24,424 bases of DNA from an archaeon HR04 (GTDB lineage: Archaea; Thermoproteota; Nitrososphaeria; Nitrososphaerales; Nitrosocaldaceae), in contig BEHG01000006.1 in NCBI GenBank assembly GCA_002898655.1, forward strand, positions 1 to 24,424, in the 5' to 3' direction. Below, in pieces: positions 14,953-22,886 of this stretch. Position 1 is the stretch's first letter; each line of letters begins with the position of its first letter. The notes under the pieces are model-generated. The model did not search any database, was not told the origin of the DNA, and worked only from the letters and a program-made list of their open reading frames with translations. The position numbers and the translations under genes are program-made.

Positions 14953-15372
14953 TTATGTGATATGCTTCCTTATCAACCTCTCCAATCCCATCTCCCCAAC
15001 AGCCCCTATTGCCCTATCAACCATCTTGCCATCCTTGAATACTATGAATGTAGGTATAGCATATACATCGTATCTTGCTGCAACAGCATTGTTCTCATCA
15101 ACATTAAGCCTAGCAAAGACCATCCTATCCCCATACTTCCTTGCAAGCCTATCGAATATTGGGAGCATGAACTGGCATGGACCGCACCATGCAGCCCAGA
15201 AGTCAACTATGACTGGTTTAGAGCCATTGATCGCATCATCGAAGTTCTGCTCATTCAACTCTATGAGTTTGGGTTCATTGCTAGTGCCCTTCTGCTGCTG
15301 GCTCCTCATCATCTCCTCCATCTTCTTACGCATTATCCTCTCTATCTCCTGATCTCTCTCCACACCTATCAT
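14953..15372 (-). CDS. trxA: Thioredoxin with a ~45-aa charged N-terminal extension
   Basis: 139-aa ORF with the WAAWCGPCQ active site and a Trx fold pattern (VIVDFWA...PTFIVFKDG). Confidence 0.85.
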   Translation of the reverse strand: MIGVERDQEIERIMRKKMEEMMRSQQQKGTSNEPKLIELNEQNFDDAINGSKPVIVDFWAAWCGPCQFMLPIFDRLARKYGDRMVFARLNVDENNAVAARYDVYAIPTFIVFKDGKMVDRAIGAVGEMGLERLIRKHIT

Positions 15373-15401
15373 ATGAAGTGCTCAAATATAACATTTATTT
15401 C

Positions 15402-15833
15402 TCATAGGTCAAGCAGGAACCTTAATCTATACTTACCTTCTACATTCTCTACACTCATCATATGATAAGTTACCCCCTTTATCTCAACCTTGTAGTTGTG
15501 CTTCTCCAGATCAAGTGCCTCCCCATATGCTTTGGCAGTTATCCTATACCTACCATCATCATAATCCCCTACCTCTATCCTTGTGTTGAACCTACTCATC
15601 GCTATATGGTCACTAACCAATGCTATCATAACCTGCTCAAGCCAGTTGTAGAGTAGGTTCTCAAGGTCATGCCCATATGCCTCTAGCATGATCTCAACCC
15701 TCTCCTCAACCTTGCTAACATCTACCATAACATCCACAAGGGCCCTTGCTGCCAATGCAAATGCCTCCTCAAGCGTATCTGCCTCAACCTCTACAAGTGC
15801 ATCTGTCATATGCTCAAGCATCCTATAGCCCAT
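15402..15833 (-). CDS. Archease (RtcB/tRNA-modification chaperone family)
   Basis: 143-aa ORF with N-terminal LEHMTDALVEVEADTLEEAFALAARAL and C-terminal IKGVTYHMMSVE patterns. AATATATTTAAAC (minus strand) is centred about 26 nt upstream of the ATG. Confidence 0.8.
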   Translation of the reverse strand: MGYRMLEHMTDALVEVEADTLEEAFALAARALVDVMVDVSKVEERVEIMLEAYGHDLENLLYNWLEQVMIALVSDHIAMSRFNTRIEVGDYDDGRYRITAKAYGEALDLEKHNYKVEIKGVTYHMMSVENVEGKYRLRFLLDL

Positions 15834-15907
15834 GCAACTACTTGCTCAAGCAGGTTTAAATATATTCATTACAGCTTAATGATGCTAGCGGTGATGCTAG
15901 CTGGTAG

Positions 15908-15982
15908 CGGGCCCGGTGGGCTTCGATCCCACGACCACCTGCTTAGAAGGCAGGCACTCTATCCATGCTGAGCTACGGGCCC
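15908..15982 (-). tRNA. tRNA-Arg (anticodon UCU), no intron, no encoded CCA, unusual T-loop AUCGAAG
   Basis: Hand-folded: GGGCCCG/CGGGCCC acceptor, GCUC/GAGU D-stem, CCUGC-CUUCUAA-GCAGG anticodon arm, 5-nt variable loop, GUGGG-AUCGAAG-CCCAC T-arm, discriminator G. ATATATC-type box about 25-30 nt upstream. Confidence 0.85.
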
Positions 15983-16045
15983 TCATGGTTCATCGCTAGT
16001 CTGGATATATCTATCTATTGTATGTACTAATGAATTAATGAACTG

Positions 16046-16885
16046 CTACATGTATGCTCTAGCATAGCAGTAGAGGTACTGCTGAGCATAACCAGCATAC
16101 ATCCCAAAGTAACCCCTCATAGCACTAGATACCCTTCTATACAGAGGAGGTGTAAACTTTACCGTATCACCTATACCTGTGATATGCCTGTAGTACCTTG
16201 CTATAACCCTTCCAATCCATACATCTATAGGGAATGCCTCAAGCTTCTCTAGTGAAAAGAGCATTACACAGTCAGCAACCTTGTTGCCTACACCATCGAT
16301 GCTCAAGAGCATATCCCTTGCATCATCATAACACCTCTTAACTAGATCATCAACATCCATCTCAGCATAAGAGCGTACTGCCTTCACTATGAACCTCGTC
16401 CTGTAACCCAATCCACAGCCCACAAGATCATTTGTACTTGCATCCTGCAATGCTCTTACAGATGGGAATGTATGGAATGTTGTACCATCCAACTCTATCT
16501 TGCCTCCAAACCTCCTGCATATACACTCAAGCATCTGCCTAACCCTTGCTATCTTTGTGTTGGTAGCACATATGAATGAGATGAGGCACTGGAATGGGTC
16601 TTGGCGCATTATCCTTAGCCCTTTGAACCTCTCAATAGCATCTGCTATCAAGGCATCCTTGCATCCTATGCTGCTATTTATAGCATGGATATCATCATCC
16701 ATCCTGAAGAGCCTCTCAACATCAACATGCTCTGGTCTTGACTCATACACAAACTCTCCATTGCATGACTCTATCTTAACAACGTTGCTAGAGCATATTA
16801 TGTAGTAGATGCCTCTCCTCTCATACCATAGGAATACCTGCCCACTCTCAAGTGTATGCTTCAGGTTTATTTCATCCATCTTCAT
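16046..16885 (-). CDS. ogg: 8-oxoguanine DNA glycosylase/AP lyase (Ogg, HhH-GPD family)
   Basis: 279-aa ORF with N-terminal TLESGQVFLW, the HhH-GPD block IDGVGNKVADCVMLFSL (catalytic Lys) and FPIDVWIGR (Asp). Confidence 0.85.
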   Translation of the reverse strand: MKMDEINLKHTLESGQVFLWYERRGIYYIICSSNVVKIESCNGEFVYESRPEHVDVERLFRMDDDIHAINSSIGCKDALIADAIERFKGLRIMRQDPFQCLISFICATNTKIARVRQMLECICRRFGGKIELDGTTFHTFPSVRALQDASTNDLVGCGLGYRTRFIVKAVRSYAEMDVDDLVKRCYDDARDMLLSIDGVGNKVADCVMLFSLEKLEAFPIDVWIGRVIARYYRHITGIGDTVKFTPPLYRRVSSAMRGYFGMYAGYAQQYLYCYARAYM

Positions 16886-16947
16886 CAGTAGTACTACTTG
16901 CTTCTACCCTGCAATAAACAAATTTCTTGACAAGCTTGTATCTAGTA

Positions 16948-17340
16948 ATGGATAACATGGTTTATGATATGATGGGTGCTTCAATAAGCATGCATGATAA
17001 GGGTAGCAGTAACATAAAGAGGGCAAGGGATGCAGTTGATATGCTCAAGAGGATGATGGAGTTACGCTCATCGATGCTTGATACCCTAGCAGATAAGAAC
17101 CTGAAGGCATCAATAAACAGTATAAGGCATGCACCACAGTTAAGCAAGAAGATGAGTAGAATAGGCTGGATGCTCTTCTGGATACCAGAGCCAACCATGG
17201 TATCTACCGCAGTAGGAATCCCAATGATACTTGCAGGTAAGGCACTTGAGAGATACTATAACAGCCTTACAGTAAAGGGGTTGTATGAGGAGACATCAAG
17301 GATGCTCAAGTCCTTAGAGCAATTAACTCAAGAAAGATAG
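16948..17340 (+). CDS. Hypothetical helical protein with one hydrophobic hairpin segment
   Basis: The ATG at 16948 is preferred over the TTG at 16927, with an AT-rich AATAAACAAATTT about 29 nt upstream. Contains IGWMLFWIPEPTMVSTAVGIPMILAG. No family recognised. Confidence 0.45.
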   Translation: MDNMVYDMMGASISMHDKGSSNIKRARDAVDMLKRMMELRSSMLDTLADKNLKASINSIRHAPQLSKKMSRIGWMLFWIPEPTMVSTAVGIPMILAGKALERYYNSLTVKGLYEETSRMLKSLEQLTQER

Positions 17341-17423
17341 TCTATATAAATAAATAAAGGGGAGAGAAGAAGTAAGGAAGAAGGTATGAATTAAGGAAGA
17401 AGGAAGAAGGAGGATGGGAAGCA

Positions 17424-17618
17424 ATGCCTAGACAGGTATTCAGCAAGGATGAGTTGCTCAAGCTTGCTGAAGGGGCAGAGGAGTGTAGGGTAGTGAGGAG
17501 AGGGGATAAGGCGAAGATAAAGGTTAGGAGGGGAAGGTACCTTTACACATATGTAGCAAGTAGTAGTGAGGCTGATGAGATACTGAGCAGGATAAGGGTT
17601 GAGAAGGTAGAACTATAA
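17424..17618 (+). CDS. rpl38e: Ribosomal protein L38e
   Basis: 64-aa ORF. KIKVRRGRYLYTYVASSSEADEILSRI parallels eukaryotic L38 ([24 protein letters not shown]). GGAGGAT lies 8 nt upstream of the ATG. Confidence 0.75.
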   Translation: MPRQVFSKDELLKLAEGAEECRVVRRGDKAKIKVRRGRYLYTYVASSSEADEILSRIRVEKVEL

Positions 17619-17629
17619 CATATTCTTGA

Positions 17630-17634
17630 TTTTT
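17630..17634 (+). terminator. Oligo-T (T5) candidate archaeal terminator after rpl38e
   Basis: TTTTT lies 12 nt downstream of the rpl38e stop, in the 31-bp convergent gap with hypF. Confidence 0.3.
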
Positions 17635-17649
17635 ATGCATCTTAATTAA

Positions 17650-19983
17650 TTAATTACTGCTAAGGCTAGCATCGTTGATGCATGCATGATATGCCTGCCC
17701 TATAGATAACCCTGCATCCCCTGCTGGTATGATGCTGTTATGTATGAACCTTAGTCCATGCTCCTCCACATACCTCTTGATGAGAGGTGTTATTATCCTG
17801 TTGTATGCAACCCCTCCAGATATGCCTATGGTATCTATACCATGCCTCATAGCATTATCTAATGCTAGAGTAGCAAGACCCTTTGCCATATATACATGGG
17901 CAGAGTATGCAAGGTCCCTAGCATGGAACCTCTTCATGCTGCAGAAGATCTCCTCAATAAGGTACCTTGTATCTAGAGTAGAGTCGATGACCCTTGGCTC
18001 TAACTTGAGCACATCATCACCATATGCAACAGACTCTAGCAGCATTGCAGGCTCCCCTTCATACCCTCTTCTATCTGCAACCCCTAACAGGAATGAGATG
18101 GCATCTAGTATCCTTCCCGTGCTTGTAGTCTTGATATATCTACCCTTCCTTGCCACATCTAGTATAGCATCCATCTCAGCCCTACCATAAGGCAGTGTAT
18201 ATGCTCTAGAGTAGAGGTAATCCTCTACACCATCCACACTGCTAGAGTAGAGTATGCCAGCAACCATGCGTAATGGATAATATGCTGCTAGATCCCCTCC
18301 TATCATTGGCTGCTCCATGAGGTGTGCAACCCTCTCATACCTGCTACCATCTATAAGGAAGACCTCTCCACCCCATACATTCCCATCATAACCGTATCCA
18401 TTACCATCACAAACTATACATACCATTCCTCTTCTCCCTTCCCTACCCATATTCACCTTCTTATCCTCTATGAGTAGTGTTGATGCATGTGCATGGTGGT
18501 GCTGTACCCTCTTAACAGAGCATCCATACTCTCTAGCAATGGTGTATGCTAGGTTTGTAGTTGGTATAGATGGATGGAGGTCGCATACTACAACATCTGG
18601 TCTTACATTAAGCATTCTACAGAACCTCTCAACTGTATTGCAGAGGTTTGTGTATGCTTTAAGTGAGTCCATATCACCAAGGTGCTGTGATGCAACTATC
18701 TTATCCTTGAAGAGTATAGATATGGTAACGTTGAGATGGGCACCAAGTGCAAGTATGCATCTTGATGAGTATACATCTATGTTTATTGGTGATGGTACGT
18801 AGCCTCTAGCCCTCCTAACTATCATAGGAGAGCAGGAGTTTACAATAACAACAGAGTCATCGCAAGGGTTGATTATCCTCCTGTTATGTATGAGCAGGTA
18901 ATCAACGAACCCAAGCATTAACGCTTCATCATCATCAGCAATTATAGGCTCATCGCTAACATTTGCACTTGTAACTACCAATGCGTTAAGGTTGAGCATG
19001 TTGAAGATGAGATGATTGAGTGCAGTGTATGGTAGCATTACACCAACAGTATCCAAGTTTGATACCAGTGGAGATAGGTTGTAGTTGCTACCCTTCCTCA
19101 ACAGCATTATTGGTCTTGCATATGATCTTAGGATGCTCTCCTCAACCTCATCCATCACAGCAAACTCTCTAACAGCATCAATGCTCCTAGCCATTACTGC
19201 TAATGGTTTGCTCTCCCTCCTCTTCCCCTTCCTAAGCCTAGAGATTGCATCATCATCGTATGCAGATGTTATGAGATGGAAGCCACCTATGCCCTTTACT
19301 GCAATAATGCATCCTTGTTCTATCAACCTTGCTGCAGTTGCTATAGGATTGCCATCATCACCTTCAGCAGCAACAACCCTTCTCCCATTGTTATCGACAA
19401 GGTAGAGCCTTGGTCCACACTCATGGCATGCTATGCTCTCGTTATGGAACCTTCTATTAAGAGGGTCTCTATACTCTTTAAGGCACTCATTGCAGAGAGG
19501 GAACTCAGCCATGCTTGTATTTGCCCTATCGTATGGAAGTGCTCTTACCATCGTGAACCTTGGACCACAGTTTGTGCATGTTATGAAGAAGTACCCATGC
19601 CTTCTATCATGTATGTTGAAGAGTTCATGCAAACATTCATCACATATAGCAATATCAGGGGGTATGGATGGCTCAACTGTAGATGATGATGCATCTGCAC
19701 TCCCAATTATTGAGAAGTTAGCAAACTCAGTCTCACAACTCCCTTCACCCTTCTTAACATCTATGTGTTCATACACTACCAATGGTGGCTTATCATGCCT
19801 CAGTGCATGAATGAACCCTTCAATATCATGCTCATAACCCTCAACAACTATCTCAACAGAACCATCGCCCATATTCCTTACATAACCCTTCAGGTTGTTT
19901 GCAATAGCAAGCCTATACACGAATGGTCTAAAGCCTACCCCCTGAACCCTGCCATGTATAGTTATTGTATAGCGCATATGCAT
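17650..19983 (-). CDS. hypF: [NiFe]-hydrogenase maturation carbamoyltransferase HypF
   Basis: 777-aa ORF with an acylphosphatase N-terminus (HGRVQGVGFRPFVYRLA), two CxxC-x18-CxxC zinc-finger units (CDEC...CTNC, CNEC...CHEC), and YrdC-like and Kae1-like C-terminal regions. Confidence 0.95.
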   Translation of the reverse strand: MHMRYTITIHGRVQGVGFRPFVYRLAIANNLKGYVRNMGDGSVEIVVEGYEHDIEGFIHALRHDKPPLVVYEHIDVKKGEGSCETEFANFSIIGSADASSSTVEPSIPPDIAICDECLHELFNIHDRRHGYFFITCTNCGPRFTMVRALPYDRANTSMAEFPLCNECLKEYRDPLNRRFHNESIACHECGPRLYLVDNNGRRVVAAEGDDGNPIATAARLIEQGCIIAVKGIGGFHLITSAYDDDAISRLRKGKRRESKPLAVMARSIDAVREFAVMDEVEESILRSYARPIMLLRKGSNYNLSPLVSNLDTVGVMLPYTALNHLIFNMLNLNALVVTSANVSDEPIIADDDEALMLGFVDYLLIHNRRIINPCDDSVVIVNSCSPMIVRRARGYVPSPINIDVYSSRCILALGAHLNVTISILFKDKIVASQHLGDMDSLKAYTNLCNTVERFCRMLNVRPDVVVCDLHPSIPTTNLAYTIAREYGCSVKRVQHHHAHASTLLIEDKKVNMGREGRRGMVCIVCDGNGYGYDGNVWGGEVFLIDGSRYERVAHLMEQPMIGGDLAAYYPLRMVAGILYSSSVDGVEDYLYSRAYTLPYGRAEMDAILDVARKGRYIKTTSTGRILDAISFLLGVADRRGYEGEPAMLLESVAYGDDVLKLEPRVIDSTLDTRYLIEEIFCSMKRFHARDLAYSAHVYMAKGLATLALDNAMRHGIDTIGISGGVAYNRIITPLIKRYVEEHGLRFIHNSIIPAGDAGLSIGQAYHACINDASLSSN

Positions 19984-20034
19984 ACTTATTGCTAGAGCAT
20001 AATAATAATAATGATGGTTAATTATATCATGGTA

Positions 20035-20319
20035 TCATCTCATCTCTGTTAATGGATAGATCTCATACTCTGCATAGTTATAAACTGGCATACCTGCTAT
20101 GAGGTTCTCTAACTCCTCATTGGACTCAACATTTAGTATCCATGCACCACCATGCCTACCAACTATATGGTAGTGCACTTCCAACTTGCCATCATCCTTG
20201 AGCCTCTTTGCATATGCCCTCATATCAAGCACTGCTCTAACCAGATCTGGAGTTAGTGCTATCTTCTTGAAAGACCATAGTATTAGGAACTTCATACCCT
20301 GATAAGGACTACCTACCAT
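20035..20319 (-). CDS. Muconolactone delta-isomerase-like small alpha+beta protein
   Basis: Aligns by eye with CatC-type MIase over its whole length (KFLILW...DGKLEVHYHIVGRHGGAWILNVESNEELENLIAGMPVYNYAEYEIYPL). The alternative start at 20295 (MKFLILW) fits the TATATAA at 20320-20327, about 28 nt upstream. Confidence 0.5.
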   Translation of the reverse strand: MVGSPYQGMKFLILWSFKKIALTPDLVRAVLDMRAYAKRLKDDGKLEVHYHIVGRHGGAWILNVESNEELENLIAGMPVYNYAEYEIYPLTEMR

Positions 20320-20336
20320 TATATAGATTAGCCAGA

Positions 20337-20344
20337 TTTAAATA
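20337..20344 (+). promoter_or_regulatory. TATA box TTTAAATA within palindromic ATTTAAAT, the hydrogenase operon promoter
   Basis: Centred about 26 nt upstream of the hydB ATG at 20366 (leaderless geometry), in a 46-70-bp divergent intergenic region. Confidence 0.45.
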
Positions 20345-20365
20345 TTGTAGAGGTTAAGGTACTTT

Positions 20366-21490
20366 ATGCCATTCATAGTTGAGAGGGATGAATTCAATGG
20401 CTTCTTTACTGCATTGAGGGATATGGGTTATGAGATCATAGGCCCAAGGGTTAGGGACTCTGTAATAGTGTATGATAGGTTGGACTCTGTCGATGATCTC
20501 CCTATAGGTATGACTGAGCAGCAGGAGAAAGGAGTGTACAGGTTAAGGAAGAGGGATGATGGAGCACTCTTCGGCTATACAGTTGGTCCTCATTCATGGA
20601 AGATGTACCTATTCCCTCCACGCATACGCTTATTCACTGCAGAGAGGCATGATAGTAACCTCAAGGTTGTAGAGGAGCAATACAGTGCAAAGAGGTTAGC
20701 ATTCGTAGGTGTTAGGGCATGTGAGTTGCATGCTATACAGATACAGGATAGGGTATTCCTTAATGGTACATTCAAGGACCAAGTATATGAGAAGCAGAGG
20801 AAGAATGTATTCATACTTGCTGTGAACTGTACTGTATCTAGCAGTACATGCTTCTGCACATCCATGAATACAGGATCCATGGTGGGCTCTGGCTACGATC
20901 TGGTTGTTACTGAAGTACTAAAGCCCAGGCACCACTTTCTTGTTGATGTTGGTACATCATTAGGGCATGAACTCTTGAGCAAGGTTAAGCATAGAGAGGC
21001 TAGCAGGGAGGAGGTTGAGCATGCTCTAAGCATGGTTGAGGAGAATGCTAGAGTAATGAGTATGATGGGTAGGAGGAGTATAGATACCAAAAACATAAAG
21101 GAGTTACTCTACAACAGTTATGAGAGCAGGCATTGGGATGATGTTGAAGAGAGATGCTTGGCATGTGCAAACTGTACCATGGTATGCCCAACATGCTTCT
21201 GTAGCACTGTTGAGGATGTTGTTGATCTTAAGGGTGAGCATGCTGAGCGATGGAGGGTATGGGACTCTTGCTTCAGTGATGAGTTCACATACATGCATGG
21301 TAGTGCTGTGAGGAGGTCAAGAGGTGCAAAGTATAGGCATTGGATAACCCATAAACTTGCCTCATGGATAGATCAGTTTGGTACATCTGGCTGTGTTGGA
21401 TGCGGTAGATGCATAACATGGTGCCCTGTAGGCATAGATATAACTGAGGAGGTAAAGGCACTGCAACAAGGCTATGCAGCAGGTAGGTAG
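20366..21490 (+). CDS. hydB: Hydrogenase beta subunit, AsrA-like 4Fe-4S protein (HydB-type)
   Basis: 374-aa ORF with CLACANCTMVCPTCFC and CVGCGRCITWCPVGI ferredoxin-type clusters plus a CTVSSSTCFC block. First gene of a hydB-x-hydG-hydD-hydA array. Confidence 0.85.
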   Translation: MPFIVERDEFNGFFTALRDMGYEIIGPRVRDSVIVYDRLDSVDDLPIGMTEQQEKGVYRLRKRDDGALFGYTVGPHSWKMYLFPPRIRLFTAERHDSNLKVVEEQYSAKRLAFVGVRACELHAIQIQDRVFLNGTFKDQVYEKQRKNVFILAVNCTVSSSTCFCTSMNTGSMVGSGYDLVVTEVLKPRHHFLVDVGTSLGHELLSKVKHREASREEVEHALSMVEENARVMSMMGRRSIDTKNIKELLYNSYESRHWDDVEERCLACANCTMVCPTCFCSTVEDVVDLKGEHAERWRVWDSCFSDEFTYMHGSAVRRSRGAKYRHWITHKLASWIDQFGTSGCVGCGRCITWCPVGIDITEEVKALQQGYAAGR

Positions 21491-21493
21491 GTG
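21482..21493 (+). repeat. Short GGTAGGTAGGTG tract containing the hydB stop and the SD of the next cistron
   Basis: GCA GGT AGG TAG GTG A. The stop TAG is at 21488-21490, and TAGGTGA lies 5 nt before the ATG at 21500. Confidence 0.7.
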
Positions 21494-21499
21494 AATTGC

Positions 21500-21949
21500 A
21501 TGAGCATAGAGGAGAGCATAAAGAGACACTCATTCTTCAGGGATATAGGGATGGATGTGAGTAGTATAGCAAGGTATGCTCAACATACAACATTCGAGGC
21601 AGATCACTTCATATTCAGGGAGGGGGATGATGCAGATGCATTCTACCTCATAACTCATGGCAAAGTATCACTTGAGTTATCAACTGCACATAGGGGAAGG
21701 ATAATTATACAGACTATAGATGAGGATGATGTACTTGGCATATCATGGCTCTTCCCCCCATACAAATGGCACTTCGATGCTAGAGCATTAACACTAACAA
21801 GGCTCATCAGGATAGACGCTGCTCATGTGAGGAGGATGTGCGATGAGGATAACGTATTTGGCTACAGGGTCATGAGCAAGCTTGCAAGTATAGTTATGAA
21901 GCGCCTTCAAGCAGTAAGATTACAGCTACTTGAGATAGAGGAGATGTGA
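21500..21949 (+). CDS. Stand-alone cyclic-nucleotide-binding-fold (CAP effector domain) protein with no output domain
   Basis: 149-aa ORF. FFRDIG...FEADHFIFREGDDADAFYLITHGKVSLEL...DEDDVLGISWLF is a beta-barrel pattern followed by a C-helix. No HTH. The ATG at 21500 is preferred over the GTG at 21491. Confidence 0.7.
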   Translation: MSIEESIKRHSFFRDIGMDVSSIARYAQHTTFEADHFIFREGDDADAFYLITHGKVSLELSTAHRGRIIIQTIDEDDVLGISWLFPPYKWHFDARALTLTRLIRIDAAHVRRMCDEDNVFGYRVMSKLASIVMKRLQAVRLQLLEIEEM

Positions 21950-22043
21950 TATGTGTAGGGATGGGATGAATGGGTATCATCAATCTTGGTACAGGAATCA
22001 TGGGAGAGGGAGAGAGGAAGGAAGGAAGGGGTGAGCACGTAAT

Positions 22044-22883
22044 ATGATGATGCATGATAACGGTAAGAGCGTCATCAACCCTTATCTGCCTAGAATACAC
22101 AAGGTTAAGAGGATAAAGAGGGAGACTCATGATACATTCACCATAGAGATATCTGCAGATGGCTTCAAGTTCATGCCAGGACAGTTCAATATGCTCTATG
22201 CATTCGTTGGTGAAGTGCCAATATCAATAAGCAGCGATCCTGCAGATGGTAATGTTATAATGCATACAGTACGTAGGGTTGGGCATACAACATCTGCTCT
22301 CTGTAGCCTAAAGGCAGGGGATAGCATAGGTGTAAGAGGACCATTCGGTAACCCATGGCCTGTAAGGGAGCAGGAAGGTAACGATATAGTAGTTGTTGCT
22401 GGAGGATTAGGACTTGCACCCCTAAGACCCTTGATCTACCATCTGCTCTCAAACAGAGGAAGGTATGGGAGGATATACCTGCTCTATGGTGCGAAGACGC
22501 CTAGGGATATACTCTACAGGAACGAACTTGCAAGATGGAGGGCTAGATTTGATGTTGATGTGTACGTAACAGTTGATAAGGCAGATGAGAGATGGCATGG
22601 CAATGTTGGTGTTGTAACATCACTCATACCTAGAGTACATGTGGATCCTCTCCACTCATCAGCATTCGTATGTGGGCCAGAGGTTATGATGCGTTTCACT
22701 ACAAGGGAACTGATCAATCTAGGTCTCAATGCTGAGAGGATATTCATATCCATGGAGAGGAATATGAAGTGTGCTCTAGGTATCTGTGGGCACTGCCAGT
22801 TTGGACCTGAGTTCATATGCAAGGATGGACCAGTGTTAAGTTACAGTAGGATAGCAAGGTTATTAAGCATAAGGGAGGTGTAA
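22044..22883 (+). CDS. hydG: Hydrogenase gamma subunit, AsrB/PyrK-like FAD/NAD(P)-binding 2Fe-2S protein (HydG-type)
   Basis: 279-aa ORF with an FNR-like layout (RRVGHTTS, VVAGGLGLAPL) and a C-terminal Cys cluster (CALGICGHCQ...C). GGGGTGAG lies 9 nt upstream of the ATG. Confidence 0.85.
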   Translation: MMMHDNGKSVINPYLPRIHKVKRIKRETHDTFTIEISADGFKFMPGQFNMLYAFVGEVPISISSDPADGNVIMHTVRRVGHTTSALCSLKAGDSIGVRGPFGNPWPVREQEGNDIVVVAGGLGLAPLRPLIYHLLSNRGRYGRIYLLYGAKTPRDILYRNELARWRARFDVDVYVTVDKADERWHGNVGVVTSLIPRVHVDPLHSSAFVCGPEVMMRFTTRELINLGLNAERIFISMERNMKCALGICGHCQFGPEFICKDGPVLSYSRIARLLSIREV

Positions 22884-22886
22884 GTA

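Noticed and set aside
15880-15901. Tandem TGATGCTAGC x2 as a box C/D element or mini-CRISPR
   Set aside because: ATGATGC is one mismatch from box C, but no D box (CTGA) follows at a suitable distance. Two 10-bp copies with a 2-nt spacer are far too short for a CRISPR array. It is recorded only as a tRNA-trailer curiosity.
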